From NCBI GenBank assembly GCA_951406725.2, contig OX597825.1, forward strand, positions 55,924,001-55,988,000: a stretch of 64,000 nucleotides of DNA. The letters run 5' to 3'. Shown here in pieces: positions 1 through 13,760 of the stretch. The translations under genes were made by a program, and so were the position numbers. A model generated the notes under the pieces. That model ran no database searches, was not told the DNA's origin, and saw nothing but the letters and a program-made list of their open reading frames with translations. Source of the DNA: Octopus vulgaris (lineage: Eukaryota). Within the stretch, counting starts at the first letter, position 1; each line of letters starts with the position of its first letter.

Positions 1-70
1 ACGGCTGAATACAAATATCTCCCAGAAGACTATCTTGTATGTTTATATATGTTTATACAAAAACAGATTC

Positions 71-152
<82 letters not shown>

Positions 153-412
153 TTGTTTCAGTCATTTGGCTGCGGCTATGCTGAAGCACCGCATAAAGAG
201 GGTTTTAGTCGAAGAGATCGACCCCAGGACTCATTCTTTGTAAGTGTAGTACTTATTCTATTGATCTCTTCTATCGAACCACTAGTTCATATAGATGCAC
301 CTCCCGGCTTTTTTAACTCTTGAACATGCAAGATGTAAAAGCTAGCTAGCTAGCTAGAGAAGGGGGAGAGAGAGAGAGAAAGAGAGAAGAGAAGAGAGAG
401 AGAGAGAGAGAA

Positions 413-456
<44 letters not shown>

Positions 457-719
457 TGCACCACAAGTAAACTGGTGATTGTTTTCCATGCAGCAAACCT
501 GAGCAACTTGAAATGTATTGTATACGCTAAGATAGAACTGGCCATGAATTGAAACCACAGCCTTGAGATTGTGAATCCAACACGCTGGCCACGATGTTCG
601 GGCAACTTCACTGATACATGCATAGACTCGTAGACTCATGTATATAAACATTCATACATACATCATAAATATATATATACTTATTTGTATGGGTGTGTAT
701 ATGTGTACACACACGCACT

Positions 720-1110
720 GGCTTGCTTACCAACCACATGGTTCCGGGTTCAGTCCCACTGCGTGGCACCTTGGGCATGTGACATCTACTATATCCTCTG
801 GCCGACCCAAGCCTTGTGAGTGGATTTGGTAGACGGAAACTGAAAGAAACCCGTCGTATATATGTATATATATATGTATGTGTGTGTGTGTTTGTGTGTC
901 TATGTTTGTTCCCTCAACATCGCTTGACAACCGATGCTGGTGTGTTTATGTCCCTGTAACGTAGTGGTTCGGCAAAAGAGACCGATAGAATAATTACTAG
1001 GCTTACAAAGAATAACTCCTGGGGTCGATTTGCTCGACTAAAGGCGGTGGTCCATCATGGCCACAGTTAATTGACTGAAACAAGTAAAAGAGTAAAAGAG
1101 TATAAAAGAG
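720..1110 (+). mobile_element. tRNA-derived SINE family A with internal (TA)n(TG)n microsatellite, slightly 5'-truncated
   Basis: Near-identical to the copy at 2909-3350. B-box-like ggttcagtccc, internal microsatellite, 3' tail (gtaaaaga)n. Confidence 0.9.
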
Positions 1111-1804
1111 ATATATATGTATGTATATATATGTATACATACATATAATTTCCTATTAATTCCTACAGATTTATACATAACATCAGATGAAATAAGTATG
1201 GATTGATGTTATACAAGGAGTATATCCATACATATATGTATGTGTGTGTGTGTGTGTGTGTGTGTATTTGAGAGGAAAATGGATACATTTTATGGAGGCT
1301 TCTAAGGATTTAAAAATATATTTAAATAATTGAAAATATTCATGTTGCCTTATCACAGCACGTTTCCTTAATACCATGCTTTTGCTGGTTCTGTATTCGC
1401 CGGTGTCTCTCTTTGTACATGTTAGCGAAGTAATTGATATATGTGTCAACATTGAATAAGAACGCATTTGAATCTTCCGAGTCTACAAGTATCAGCTTAT
1501 TTCGTCAAGAGCAGCAGTAGCAGCATAAGCAACAACCGCAGTAGTGGCAGCAGCATATGTCGATGTGTAGGGCATGAGCGTGTAGTATTTGTAAACTAAG
1601 CCCAGTAATTTGAAACATCCATCTTATATTTCCGTTTACACCTTTCGTTTATTTTCATCTCTGTGCGTGCATATATGTAAACGCGGTTATGTGTGGTTGT
1701 ATGTCTTAATGGCAGTGTATGTGCGTAGTGTACCTATGCATGTGTACAGTTATGTTTATATGTGTGCCCGTTATAAACGGAGCATGTGACATGATTTAAG
1801 CTGT

Positions 1805-1837
<33 letters not shown>

Positions 1838-2908
1838 TGCAGTGTTCAATCGCTTGTGTATGTATATGCATATGTGTGTGTGTGTGCACGCGCTCGTCTG
1901 TGTGTTTGTGGGTACAGGAAGTATGGTAAACGTTCAGCTTTTAACCACAACTAAGTAGAATGAATGTGTGTGTATATGTGCGTGCGTGTGTGTGTATGTG
2001 TGGTATTATCATGTGGCCGTATGTGACTGCAATGGAGAATGCTGCTTACACGGAAGTGCGAGAAATACCTCTATCAACCCCATAAATAATTAATGTTAAT
2101 TATCTCCCCTTCGTAGTTACAGATTAAACCTAACTGTCACTCCCATAAGAAACGCAATACATCTAAGCATTTATCTCACATTCAACATAATGTTACAATC
2201 AACATTAAATCCATCAGTACCGATCCAAAAGAATAGAGTTCACTTAAATTATCTCTAGAATATACAATCTTGATATCGATAAATTATTACTAATAATAAT
2301 CATTTAAAATCGATATCTATCAAACCCTTATAAAATTCGACACATGAAAGAACTTGAATACTCCAAATGCACATTAATCATAATCGTTTAGTTAAAATAA
2401 TGTTGGTTTACACTGGCTTAACTCACATAATAAAATTGTAGCGATAGAATGATTACCAGCTGTCGTTTTATAATGAAATGCTCTACGGGTCGATGTTAAT
2501 ATTGAGCACCATCAGTATAAAATAATATATGGTGGTTGTCTCTGGTAATCCGAGAAAGACGGCTCTGCAATTACTTGCTGAACAAACTGTTCAATTGATT
2601 TGTGTATAATGAACAAGTGTTTGTGCCATCCCTCCATCGAACTGACGTTGTCTGAAGAGATGCACAGTGAACCATAAGCCAGATGTCAAAGTGGACGCAG
2701 AGCAGCGTGAGATGAAGTGTTTTCCGGTCTTGGAATTGAAATCACAATCTCGCGATCGTGAGTGCTACACCGTAACCACTAGGCCATGAGACCTTGTTAA
2801 ACAGTAAATACGCTTGTATCAATAGACCCCATTGTATTTATGTTTTTATCCCTTTGCTTGTCATACTTCATAATATGAATAGGGCAAACTGAAACAATAA
2901 ATGAATAT

Positions 2909-3090
2909 AGGCGCAGGAGTGGCTGTGTGGTAAGTAGCTTGCTTGCCATCCACATGGTTCCGGGTTCAGTCCCACTGCGTGGCACCTTGGGCAAGTGTAG
3001 TCTACTATAGCCTCGGGCCGACCAAAGCCTTGTGAGTGGATTTGGTAGAAGGAAACTGAAAGAATCCCGTCGTATATATCTATATGTATG

Positions 3091-3127
<37 letters not shown>

Positions 3128-3350
3128 GTGTGTGTGTGTGCTTGTGTGTCTGTGTTTGTCCTCCCAACATCGCTTGACAACTGATGCTGGAGTGTTTACG
3201 CCCCCGTAACTTAGCGGTTCGGCAAAAGAGAACGATACAATACGTATTAGGCTTGCAAAGAATAACTCCTGGGGTCGATTTGTTTGACTAAAGTCAGTGC
3301 TCCAGTATGGCCACAGTCAAATGACTGAAACAAGTAAAAGAGTAAAAGAG
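2909..3350 (+). mobile_element. SINE family A, full-length copy
   Basis: Head ggcgcaggagtggctgtgtggtaag (A box) and ggttcagtccc (B box), internal TA/TG run, tail gactgaaacaagtaaaagagtaaaagag. Related copies or fragments at ~151-290(-), 3485-3930(+), 14580-14745(-), 57765-57835(+), 59240-59340(+), 61285-61415(-). Confidence 0.92.
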
Positions 3351-3636
3351 AATATTAATTCGAGCTAGCCAGACCATAAACTAACACCCAAAACTTGTCT
3401 AGACCATAAGAGAAAATTTAAAACACTTAGCAATTAACTCTATTAATTAACAATTAAAAATAATCAAACCTTAATTAAACATAGGATCGTGCGTGGTTGA
3501 GTGGTTAAGAAGCTTACTTGCCGAGCATGTCGTCTTGGGTTCAGTTACTCTACACAAGTGTCTTCTATTATAGCTCTGGGTTGACTGAAAACCTTGTGAA
3601 TGGATTTCTTTGGTGGAAACCGGAAGAAACTCGTCT

Positions 3637-3691
<55 letters not shown>

Positions 3692-4824
3692 TCACACACA
3701 CACACACAGGTGTGTATGTGTGTTTGTGTGTGTCTGTGTTTTTGTTGTATTTGTCCTCCACCACAGATTGACAGCTGGTATTGGTTTGGTTATGTCCCCG
3801 TAACTCAGTGGTTGGGCAGAAGAAACCGTTATAGGTCTTCAAAAACAAGTACAGAGGTAAATTTATTCGACCAAATCCTTCTTAGCGGTGCCCAGGTATA
3901 GCTGCTATTGAATGACTGAAATAAATAAAAAAATAAACGATGAAATATCAGACAAACCACGCTAATTCAATCAAATTCTTGTGCATAAAGTACTCAAAAC
4001 TTATACGCGTAAAATTGTGATATGTGCAATTTTTTAAAAAAAGTCTTTCAGCATATTTTCTATAATTCTTTTTAAAATTCAACCCACCTGTTCTTACGCG
4101 ATTACTGTTATTTAATAAACAAATCAAACCTTATGCTACCACCAGCCTCACCCGTTCACCGAAGAGAAGCTTTCGTCCCTTCAAATGGTTATTTAATATA
4201 GTTTTCTCGACGTTAAGGTAGTGAGCTGGTAGAATCTTTATTGGGCGAGGCAAAGTGCTTAGCGGTATTTCACCTTTATTTACGCTTTGAGCTCAAATTC
4301 CGCCGTTTATCCGTTCGAGGTCGTTAGTGTAAGTACCAGTCGAATACTAGAATCAATATAATCGGTGTACCCATTCCCCAATATTGTTAGATTCGTGCCA
4401 AAATATGACACCAATATAGTTTTCTCGACTAAGTAACTATTCATAACCACACCACTATAAGTAAATCAAGATGACTTTTGTTACCATGTATAAGGCGTAC
4501 ATAGAACAGTCGTACGTTTGTACTAAGCAACTCCATAGAAAATTATTATTTTAACGACTACCAAAGCATTCATTTACGTTATTTGGTGGGACGCTATATT
4601 TGTTGTAAAATTGCAAGCTAATTATACGTGCGTGCATCAGTGTGAAATTATACATGTCCCATTAAATATGTATGCACACAAACACACATACACACACGCG
4701 CGTGCGTGCACACACACATACACACACATATTTGCTTAATTCTAAGCCTAAGCGTGTGTGTGCGTGCGCATACATAATACATAAGTTTTTCCATCATATT
4801 TACGCGTGCGTGTGTGTATGTGTG

Positions 4825-4909
<85 letters not shown>

Positions 4910-5104
4910 GCAGTGAGAGAGAGAGAGAAACAATCTCATTTTGACACAAAACGGCAAAGTCATCAAGTTTAATCCTCCTTACTATTTAGATATTACCATA
5001 TCTATTTAGATATTACTATTTAGATATGCACAGTTGCATTCTAGTTCTAGTCAGACGTTCTTTCTATGGCTTGGCACTGCGTCAGTTGCAAAGACGCATG
5101 TCCC

Positions 5105-5375
5105 ACTTGATCCGGTCAACGGAGCAACCTCCTCGTGAAATTAATATATAAATGGCTGAGTTCTCCACATACACGCATGGTCTTAACGTGTTTCTCGAGG
5201 ACATTCAGCGTGACACAGAACGTAAGAAGATAGCCCTTTGAATTACAGGTTAATCTCATTTTTCCCAACTGAGCGGATTGGAGCAACGTAAAATGAAGTG
5301 TTTGCTCAAGTAACCAACACGCCGCCGGGAATCGAACTCACAAATATCCCAACCATTAAGCAATGCGCTTTCACT
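5105..5375 (-). mobile_element. tRNA-derived SINE family C, tail variant 2, degraded
   Basis: Reverse complement matches the head/core and tail of 27404-27720. A similar degraded copy lies at ~2590-2795(-). Confidence 0.7.
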
Positions 5376-7188
5376 CATATTTTTCTATAAACTCACAAGA
5401 CAATAACACTTTTAACCCACACAACCTTAAGGTTATCTATTTCCGCCTAGAAAACATTGCTTCCCAGGTTAAACACAACTGGAACCGATACTCAATAGCC
5501 TTCATTCCGATAGCAAACTGGTAACTGTTAAAATCATTCCACATACTCACTAGATTGATTCAATCTGTCAAAACAGTTTTAGATTGTGCTTCTGTAAAAC
5601 ACTAAGACGTTATTGAAACGAACAATTTCAAGGGAAGTATTTCTACTCAATAAGGTCAAAAAACTGCAGCTAGTATTTTTACCCAATTGAGTTGTGAAGA
5701 ACTTCAGCGACAAAGGAACTGAATGCCGTGTAATAATATGGAGCATCATTGATAACGGTCATTCCATGTTTCAAAAGAAAATGAAACAGCTGCATGTTCT
5801 TGTTAAAAATTTTTTTTTAAAGCAGATATCAATAGAACAAACTTAAACGAAAACCAATATTGATGTTGAACTGTCACCATGGGATGAAATTTATTATGAA
5901 ATTCATCCATACGCCTTGAAGCTTAAGGCTCATCAACGTAAATTCATTTATAATGCTAACAAGAGTCCGACGCTTTCGTTTTAAAAAACCTTCAGCCCAC
6001 AAGTTAGATCACATGCTTCTCTTTCGTTAATTCGAATCGTCCTTCATTTACATCATACTTTCTGACTATGCAGGCATGTGCTGTATGAGTTCAAAACTTC
6101 TATTAACGATGCGGTAAATTATTGTTGCCGAAAAATATAAGCTCTGCACTTCGATGAATAAGCATGCATATCTACACACCGCGACCACATGCGTACACAC
6201 AGAGCGCACGCGCACACACTCGCTCACACAAACACACACACACACCAGTGCATTTTCAACTTCTTTCTATATTTTTACCCGTGTAGAGTAAAATAACTTT
6301 TTTCTATATACATATATACATACATCCATACACACATACACATACACTCAGACGTGAATATAAGACAATATTCGTTGTAGTCTGCGTCTGACCGACTTTT
6401 CTCATTTGGAAAAGTAATAAAAGAATGTTTACACTGATATGGCTGGAGTGAATGTTAGGTTTTACACACACACACATCTATGCTTGAGCGACTGGCTGCA
6501 ACTGATGAGGAACGCAAAGCAACGTGAACTTGCATACGTAGACATAAAGTAGTTGGAGAGAGAAACTAGGTGAAAGAGTGAGAAGGGGAAAGAGAAACGA
6601 AGAGAGGAAGAGAAGAGGGTGGGGTGAGGTGAGGTGGAAAAGAAAATTAAGGTGTGGGGAGAGAATTGACGGTTATAAAAATAGAGGGAGTGAAGGAGCT
6701 GATGGAAAATCGTCCATGTAAACACACCGGTTAGCTTATATTCACATATTTTAAATCTTCTATGTTTCGCTTTGGTTACATATAGACATTTACACATGTA
6801 ACTATTATGGTACCAAATAACCTAAACAAACGTTTATCCAAAACCTTAAAAATCCTGGATTCGCAATGAATAAATCAAACAACTATTTCACACTTGTTCA
6901 CCAAATTCACTTTGGTAGCAAGCTTGAAAGCTATTCGAGATTTAACCAAAGTTTAAGATGTAACTCTATATTTCTGTCTACACTGGAATGGTGCATGCAG
7001 ATTTTATGCTTACCCGCTCCACAGAATCCAGACATTATTATGACAAGCATTAATTATAGGATTTATTTAAAGAATATAAAAAAGATATGTATAAACACAC
7101 ACATACACACAGGCATAAACACACATTTATACATACATATACATATATATCTATAAAGAGATATATTTGCACACACATGCACAAGCAC

Positions 7189-7273
<85 letters not shown>

Positions 7274-7286
7274 TAGACAGATAGAC

Positions 7287-7353
<67 letters not shown>

Positions 7354-7398
7354 TAGACAGATAGATAGATAGACAGACAGATAGATAGATAGATAGAG

Positions 7399-7465
<67 letters not shown>

Positions 7466-7480
7466 AAGGCAGATAGATAT
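7189..7480. repeat. (AGAT/AGAC)n compound tetranucleotide microsatellite
   Basis: Directly visible. Similar arrays at ~21700-21883, 22946-23003, 24507-24566, 44570-44644, 63288-63418. Confidence 0.98.
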
Positions 7481-7573
7481 ATGACACATTTCTCACCACA
7501 GCAGGGTGTTAGCTTGACACTAGAATCCAGTGCAGTATATAAAGTAGTAAACTCAGTCACGCAAGCACCCACG

Positions 7574-7631
<58 letters not shown>

Positions 7632-7799
7632 CATGCTTACATAAAGATGCACAAAAGCACTGCAACTCACTGCGTATAACTTTTTCTGTTCGTGTTTGCA
7701 TGTATATATGTATGTATGCTTGTATGTATCTGCGTGTGCCTGCATGAAAAATAGAATGCATACATACGTACATATGATATATACAAGCACAATTATGCA

Positions 7800-7860
<61 letters not shown>

Positions 7861-8165
7861 CATATATATAACTGTATATATATATATAGAAAGATATATA
7901 TAGAAATATAGATAGATTAAAAATGAGTTATATAAAATTATACGTATTATCACCCCTCTCCCTATATGTATATATTCCTACGTAAACGTTTCTTTGTGTG
8001 AATAAGTATATAGTCAAACATACTCAGGAGCGCGCGCACGTACACATTCACATGCATATATAATTAGTGAAAAATCATGTTAATGATATTTCAAATGCGA
8101 TATAAGATATGAATAAATAAACGTAAATCTTTCATATTGGTCTGATTTTCTTTTTTTTTTCTTTT

Positions 8166-8224
<59 letters not shown>

Positions 8225-8659
8225 TGCTGGGGTTGTTTTTGCCGTTTTTTTGTTTTCTTCTACTTTCATCCTTTACTTTTTTCGCATATGTTTGTTTTTG
8301 TTGTTCTTGCTACTAAGTTGGTTATCACGCAGATCTACCACACCTTTTTGGTATCGCATCCTTCCCATATCAGCTATCGTTATCCTCAGTGCTTTCAGTT
8401 CACTAATTACGTTTTTTAAAAGCAACAATGATAACAACGATGATAACAACAACAACACCAACAAAAACTACAACAACACTATGTAACAACATTTTTATTT
8501 TTTCATGTCATCGGTCAGCAAGTGTTATTTTCCTATTTGTTTCCACTATTCCCTTCAAAATTTTGTTTTGTCCCCTGAACATCAATGTTTTGAAACTGAC
8601 CTATTTTCCATTACATTTTAGACTGATTCAGCACTGAGTTGCTGAAGCAGAAATATCGT

Positions 8660-8860
8660 TATAGCAAATATTCTGCTCAATACCACAGATTTGCTTCTCA
8701 GTTGCTTGACCTTTACCCACTTGAGCATGTCTTTTCGAAGCTGAGAATATCTTGAGCATATATCGTAGTGACTGGCAAAATGTTCATCTCTGATCTTGTG
8801 TAGGAGTTATAGGGGAGCATCATAGCCATGTGGTGAGAGGAATTCTTTGGGGTTTGATTA
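8660..8860 (+). mobile_element. Fragment of the interspersed repeat also found at 19720-20223 and 52100-52490
   Basis: atagcaaatattctgctcaataccacagatttgctt and ggggagcatcatagccatgtg..attctttggggtttga are the reverse complement of segments of those copies. Confidence 0.7.
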
Positions 8861-8997
8861 AAGGTAGAAAAAGAAAAGTCTGAAGGAAATATCAGCCATT
8901 TTGCATACTTTCTAGAGGCCAGCAGATAGGAAATAACAGTTTCTAACCCAAGGACAACAACCGTGTTGTCTCCATTAGAAGTCAATTACAAATACCA

Positions 8998-9395
8998 GAG
9001 CTCGCAGAACCGTTAGCACGCCGGACGAAATGCATAGCGGCATTTCATCCGTCTTTACGCTCTGAGTTCAAATTCTTCCATGGTCGACTTTGTCTTTCAT
9101 CATTCCGGTGTCGAGAAAATGCATAGCAGTGGAACACTGGGGTCGATCAAATCGAATTTCCCCTTGCTTCGAAATTACTGGCCTTATGTCAAGATTTGAA
9201 ACCAGTATTTAGTATAATGAAGACGGCGTGCTGGCAGAGCGGTTAGGAGATTAAATTCCACCGAGGTCGACTTTGCCTTTTATTCATTCGGAGTGACTAA
9301 AATAAGTACCAATTGAGCACTGGGGTCGAGATGTAATTTACTTACCCCACCACCGAACCGAATTTGCTGGCCTTGTGCCAACATTTGAAACGAAC
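8998..9395 (+). mobile_element. Two adjacent SINE family B copies
   Basis: gagct..cagaa..gttagcacgccg head and gtcgactttgccttt(c)at core. An additional degraded copy lies at ~4215-4415. Confidence 0.8.
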
Positions 9396-10036
9396 GTTTA
9401 GTATGATTTAAAGAATACGTGTTTCTCATTGAATCTTGTGAATATAATGTTGGAACGACGTATTGTGGCTGTGTCTTCCGAACTCATAAATGAGACGAAA
9501 TTATTGTGAACCATCAAATATATGCTTGTTTTCCAGTTGCATATAGGCGAAGGTGGTGAGCGCAGATACAGAGGAATAAATGTAATGAGATGTTATGTGG
9601 GTGGTGAATTTTGAACTGGTTATTGATATACAGAGTGTCATAAATATAAACAGACACTATGATACATTTGAATTGGGAGAGTGAGGGTTCGAGACGACGG
9701 CGACACCGCTATTCAACACGATCTCCTTAAAAATATGCTGGTACGACGTTCTTCGTATAATTTTGTTAGGGAAGAGGCTTTGGCAAAAGTTTCTCACATA
9801 AAGCTTACACGAACGTTTTGTTGATGGCAAAGAAAAAATCATAAATTCACACTGGCACGATAACAGTTCTATGTAACGCAGGAAATAATGGCTCTAGTGT
9901 AAGTGGTTCTGTAGAATTACCATGCTGGATGTCAGTGAGGAATTCTTAACATGAGAAACACGATATGCTTCAAATAAAAAGATAAAAATACGCATTAGAA
10001 ACAACAGAAAACGTATATATGTGTGAATAGATATGT

Positions 10037-10125
<89 letters not shown>

Positions 10126-10199
10126 TATATATATTCATATATGCATATATGTACATCTTTATTCATATAAATATATGTATACATATATTTATGTGTATA

Positions 10200-10242
<43 letters not shown>

Positions 10243-10349
10243 GTAAATATATATATATATATATACACACATATATATACACATACATACATATATATAT
10301 ATACCTATTCATATTCATGTATAGATGTTTATATTCATATATGAATATG

Positions 10350-10426
<77 letters not shown>

Positions 10427-10427
10427 G

Positions 10428-10670
10428 TGAATACTACAAATGAACTCGACCGCTCTCAAAAATTAATTAAATAAGCAGGAAGAATAATCCAGTGTCTTTG
10501 TCCGGCATTGGATCGATCCCAAAATCTAATCATTTCGTGCTAGTCATGAGGCCAAATATTTCTGAAAGTTTCATCCGAATCCATTCAGCGGTTCTTGAGT
10601 TATCTTGTCCACGGTCAAAGAAGCAAACAAACACGACTGGAAACAATTCCTCCGCCTTAGCGAAGGTAAT
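10428..10670 (-). mobile_element. Partial Helentron-associated non-autonomous element (HINE/DINE-like)
   Basis: Reverse complement of the 5' ~240 bp of the element at 35492-35867 (ctccgccttagcgaagg, ggatcgatcccaaaatctaatca). Confidence 0.8.
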
Positions 10671-10701
10671 AATAATAATAGTAATAATAATAATAATAAT
10701 A

Positions 10702-11493
10702 AACGGCAAATATGTGGCCGCAGCAAAGAAGCTGATGTTGACCAGAAGCAAACCCATCAGTGGCTACGGAGCTCAGGGCTAAAAGCAGAGACCGAATGTT
10801 TCATCCTGGCTGCTCAACATCAAAGCCTATTAACCCGGAACTACCTGGCCAATGTGATGAAAAATGGAGCAGACCCAAAATGCCGATTCTGCAACGACTT
10901 GATTGAAACAGTGGACCACCTAATCTCTGGATGTAAAGTCTTAGCACCAGTGGAGTATAAATTAAGACATGACAGAGTTGGCCAATATCTACACTGGCTA
11001 ATAAGTCGGCATTGCAATATCAAAACTGCCGACAAGTGGTGTAATCACCACCCTGAAGCTGTAACTGAAGGAGAAAATGTAACGATTCTGTGGGACTTTC
11101 CAGTACATACAGACCGAACCATCAAAGCCAATAAACCAGATATTGTTGTGATAGACCAAAACAATAAAGTTTGCTTATTGATCGACATGAGCATCCCCTG
11201 TGATCATAATATCTCGGCGAAAGAGTTTGACAAGCTCAGAAAATATAAAGACCTGCTCATTGAAATTGAGAAAATGTGGCATCTCAAGGCGGTTACAATA
11301 CCAGTGATCGTAGGAACACTAGGAATGATCAAGAAGGGAACCGAAAATTTTAATTTAACTTTAAAAAAAATGAACGAACTAGTGAGTTTAGTTTAATGGC
11401 ATACCAATGTATATTATGAGTTTCTCTGCCCTAGGAGTCGGGAAGACACTCGGCAAGAAATGGAAGCAAATTTGAAAGAAAAAAGAAAAAAAG
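10702..11493 (+). mobile_element. 5'-truncated R4/Dong-clade non-LTR retrotransposon (CCHC knuckle plus restriction-like endonuclease), embedded in (TAA)n
   Basis: ORF 10605-11396 encodes KCRFCNDLIETVDHLISGC (CCHC), RHD, ILWDFPVHTD, NKPDIVV..LIDMSIP..KYKDL (PD..D RLE motif). TAA arrays at 10667-10701 and 11494-11526. Confidence 0.93.
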
Positions 11494-11530
<37 letters not shown>

Positions 11531-12225
11531 CTCTTCATAAGTGTCGTTAGTGCTGTAATAATCTTCATATGAGACAATCAAAAACAGGGAAAATTGTTTT
11601 AAAAATCGAAAGCAACATATGAAAATACTAAGTCATATAATTAGACAATGAAGAAACCAAAGAAAGAGAAATTAACCTTTCGAATTGTTTCTTTTTTTTA
11701 TATCAAGAGTGAAGAAGGTGCATGTATAGTATATTGGAAGGGCAAACATGCTGTTTTGTCAATAATACAACATGGCACACTCATGAGTGGATTAAAACGA
11801 ATGTTTTTTTTCCAGCAGAAATTAGGGAAATTGTGTAGCAGAGGAAACAAGAAAAGGGGGTACACATGAGCGAATGTAATGAAAAGAAATGTATGTGAAA
11901 TGTATTCATGTATGTGTGTGAGAACATGTACGAGTGAGAATGAACTGGAGCCAAGTGTGTATATGCGATAGCGAGGAATAAAAGTAGAGGTAAGAAGAAA
12001 TGTTATTAAATGAATAGTGGGAGCGATATGATATTACGCGTAAAGTGGTTGTGTGATGTGTGTAAGGTGTAGGGTGTATGTATCAAGGTATGGATAGAGA
12101 ACTGTGGTGTTGTATTCATATATGATGACGTGTGTGAGTATTAAGGGATAATAAATACGTGGTGGTGTCATTTAGAAGTGTTGTGATGTAGTTGTGTGTA
12201 TATGCAATAGTTTCATGTTTGGCAA

Positions 12226-12800
12226 GACGGCGATCTGGCAGAAACGTTAGCACGCCGGGAAAAATGCTTAGCGGCATTTCGTCTGAGTTCAAATTCCGCC
12301 GGGGTCAACTTCGCCTTTCATCCTTTCGGGGTCGATAAATTAAGTAGCAGTTACGCACTGGCGTCGATGTAATCGACTTAATCCCTTTGTCTGTCCTTGT
12401 TTGTCCGCTCTATGTTTAGCCCCTTGTGGGGAGTAAAGAAATAGAAATAGGTATTTCGTCTGCCGCTACGTTCTGAGTTCAAATTCTGCCGAGGTCGACT
12501 TTGCCTTTCATCCTTTCGGCGTCGATTAAATAAGTACCAGTTACGTACTGTGGTCGATATAATCGGCTTAATCCGTTTGTCTGTCCTTGTTTGTCCTCTC
12601 TGTGTTTAGCCCCTTGTGGGTAGTAAAGAAATAGGTATTTCGTCTGCTGCTACGTTTTGAGTTCAAATTCCGCCGAGGTCGACTTTGCCTTTCATCCTTT
12701 CTGCCTCGATGAATTAAGTACCAGTTTCGTACTGAGGTCGATCTAATCGACTGGTCTCCTCCCCAAAAATTGCGAGCCTTGCGCCTAGAGTAGAGAAGAA
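12226..12800 (+). mobile_element. SINE family B trimer (MetaSINE-like core), 184-bp internal tandem units
   Basis: One tRNA-like head followed by three repeats of ..gagttcaaattccgccgaggtcgactttgcctttcatcctttcggggtcgataaa..agtaccag.. The core resembles the Meta domain as I recall it. Confidence 0.9.
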
Positions 12801-12804
12801 TAGC

Positions 12805-13011
12805 TTCAAATTTGGCACATGGCCAACAATTTCGGAGCAGGGGCTAAACCGATTACACCGATTCCAATGCTTTACTGGTACTTAATTTACTGACTCTGAA
12901 AGGATGAAAGGCAAAGTTGGCCTCGGCAGGATTTGAACTCAGGACGCAAAGCCGGACAAAATGCCGCTAAGCATTTTATCCTGCATGCTAACAATTCTGC
13001 CAGCTCGCCGC
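12805..13011 (-). mobile_element. SINE family B copy, tail-to-tail with the trimer
   Basis: aaggatgaaaggcaaagt..ggatttgaactcag..tgctaac..ctgccagctcgccg is the reverse complement of SINE B. Confidence 0.88.
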
Positions 13012-13206
13012 GTTTTGTGTGTAACGGATAAATATGCGATGGCTTGAGCAAAGTGTCCTATTATGTTGGTGATATGAGCAAAATATCGTAGGATGTTATG
13101 GATCGATGGAGAAATATATGTGAGTCTATTGGTAGATACAGGTGATATGCCTCTGTAGATGTTTATCCGTTTTGGAGGCGTGCATGCGTGGGTTTTTATC
13201 GTGTGT

Positions 13207-13760
13207 ATATGAGGTGCTTTAGATCACAACAAATCGGTTATTAATATCAGCAATGGAAGATATTTTTAATTGGAGCATTAACAGCTGTTCACGACAAAGC
13301 CGTGAAATGATAGTTCCATGGTGTTGTGTAATATCAGAAAGTGCACGATGCTAGTGGGTGAGGCCTTAGTTTAAAAGATGACACTATTAACGATTATAAA
13401 ATCGATTGAGCCATTATAGAAAATGCGTCCTTCTATATTAAAGGTTCAAGATGGTATCTTTGATTCTCAGAGAAATGTAACATATGAGATGCTTTAGATC
13501 AAAGCAAGTCAGTTATTGATACCAGCAGGGGAAGATATTTTTAATCGGAACATTAACCGCTGTTCACGACAAAGACGTGAAGCGGGGGTTTCCGTGGTGT
13601 TGTATAATTCTAGAAACTGGACGATACTGCTTGTAGTGGCTTAGTTTAAAGGACGATAATATTGACAATTATAAAATCGACCGATCCATTATGGGTAAAC
13701 GCATCCCAGGACATTAATGGTTCATGGTGTGATCTTTGTCTCTCTCAGAGAAATATAACA
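13207..13760. repeat. Diverged tandem duplication, two ~275-bp units
   Basis: Units start atatgag(g/a)tgctttagatca at 13207 and 13482, share gaagatatttttaat, gctgttcacgacaaag and attataaaatcga, and end ctcagagaaat(g/a)taac. Confidence 0.85.

Noticed and set aside
7536-7558. TATA box (tatataaag) followed by Inr-like tcagtc
   Set aside because: Spacing is only ~19 bp instead of ~30.
12226-12800. CRISPR-like or satellite reading of the tandem repeats here and at 49290-49770
   Set aside because: No unique spacers, eukaryotic context, and the units are SINE bodies or minisatellite.
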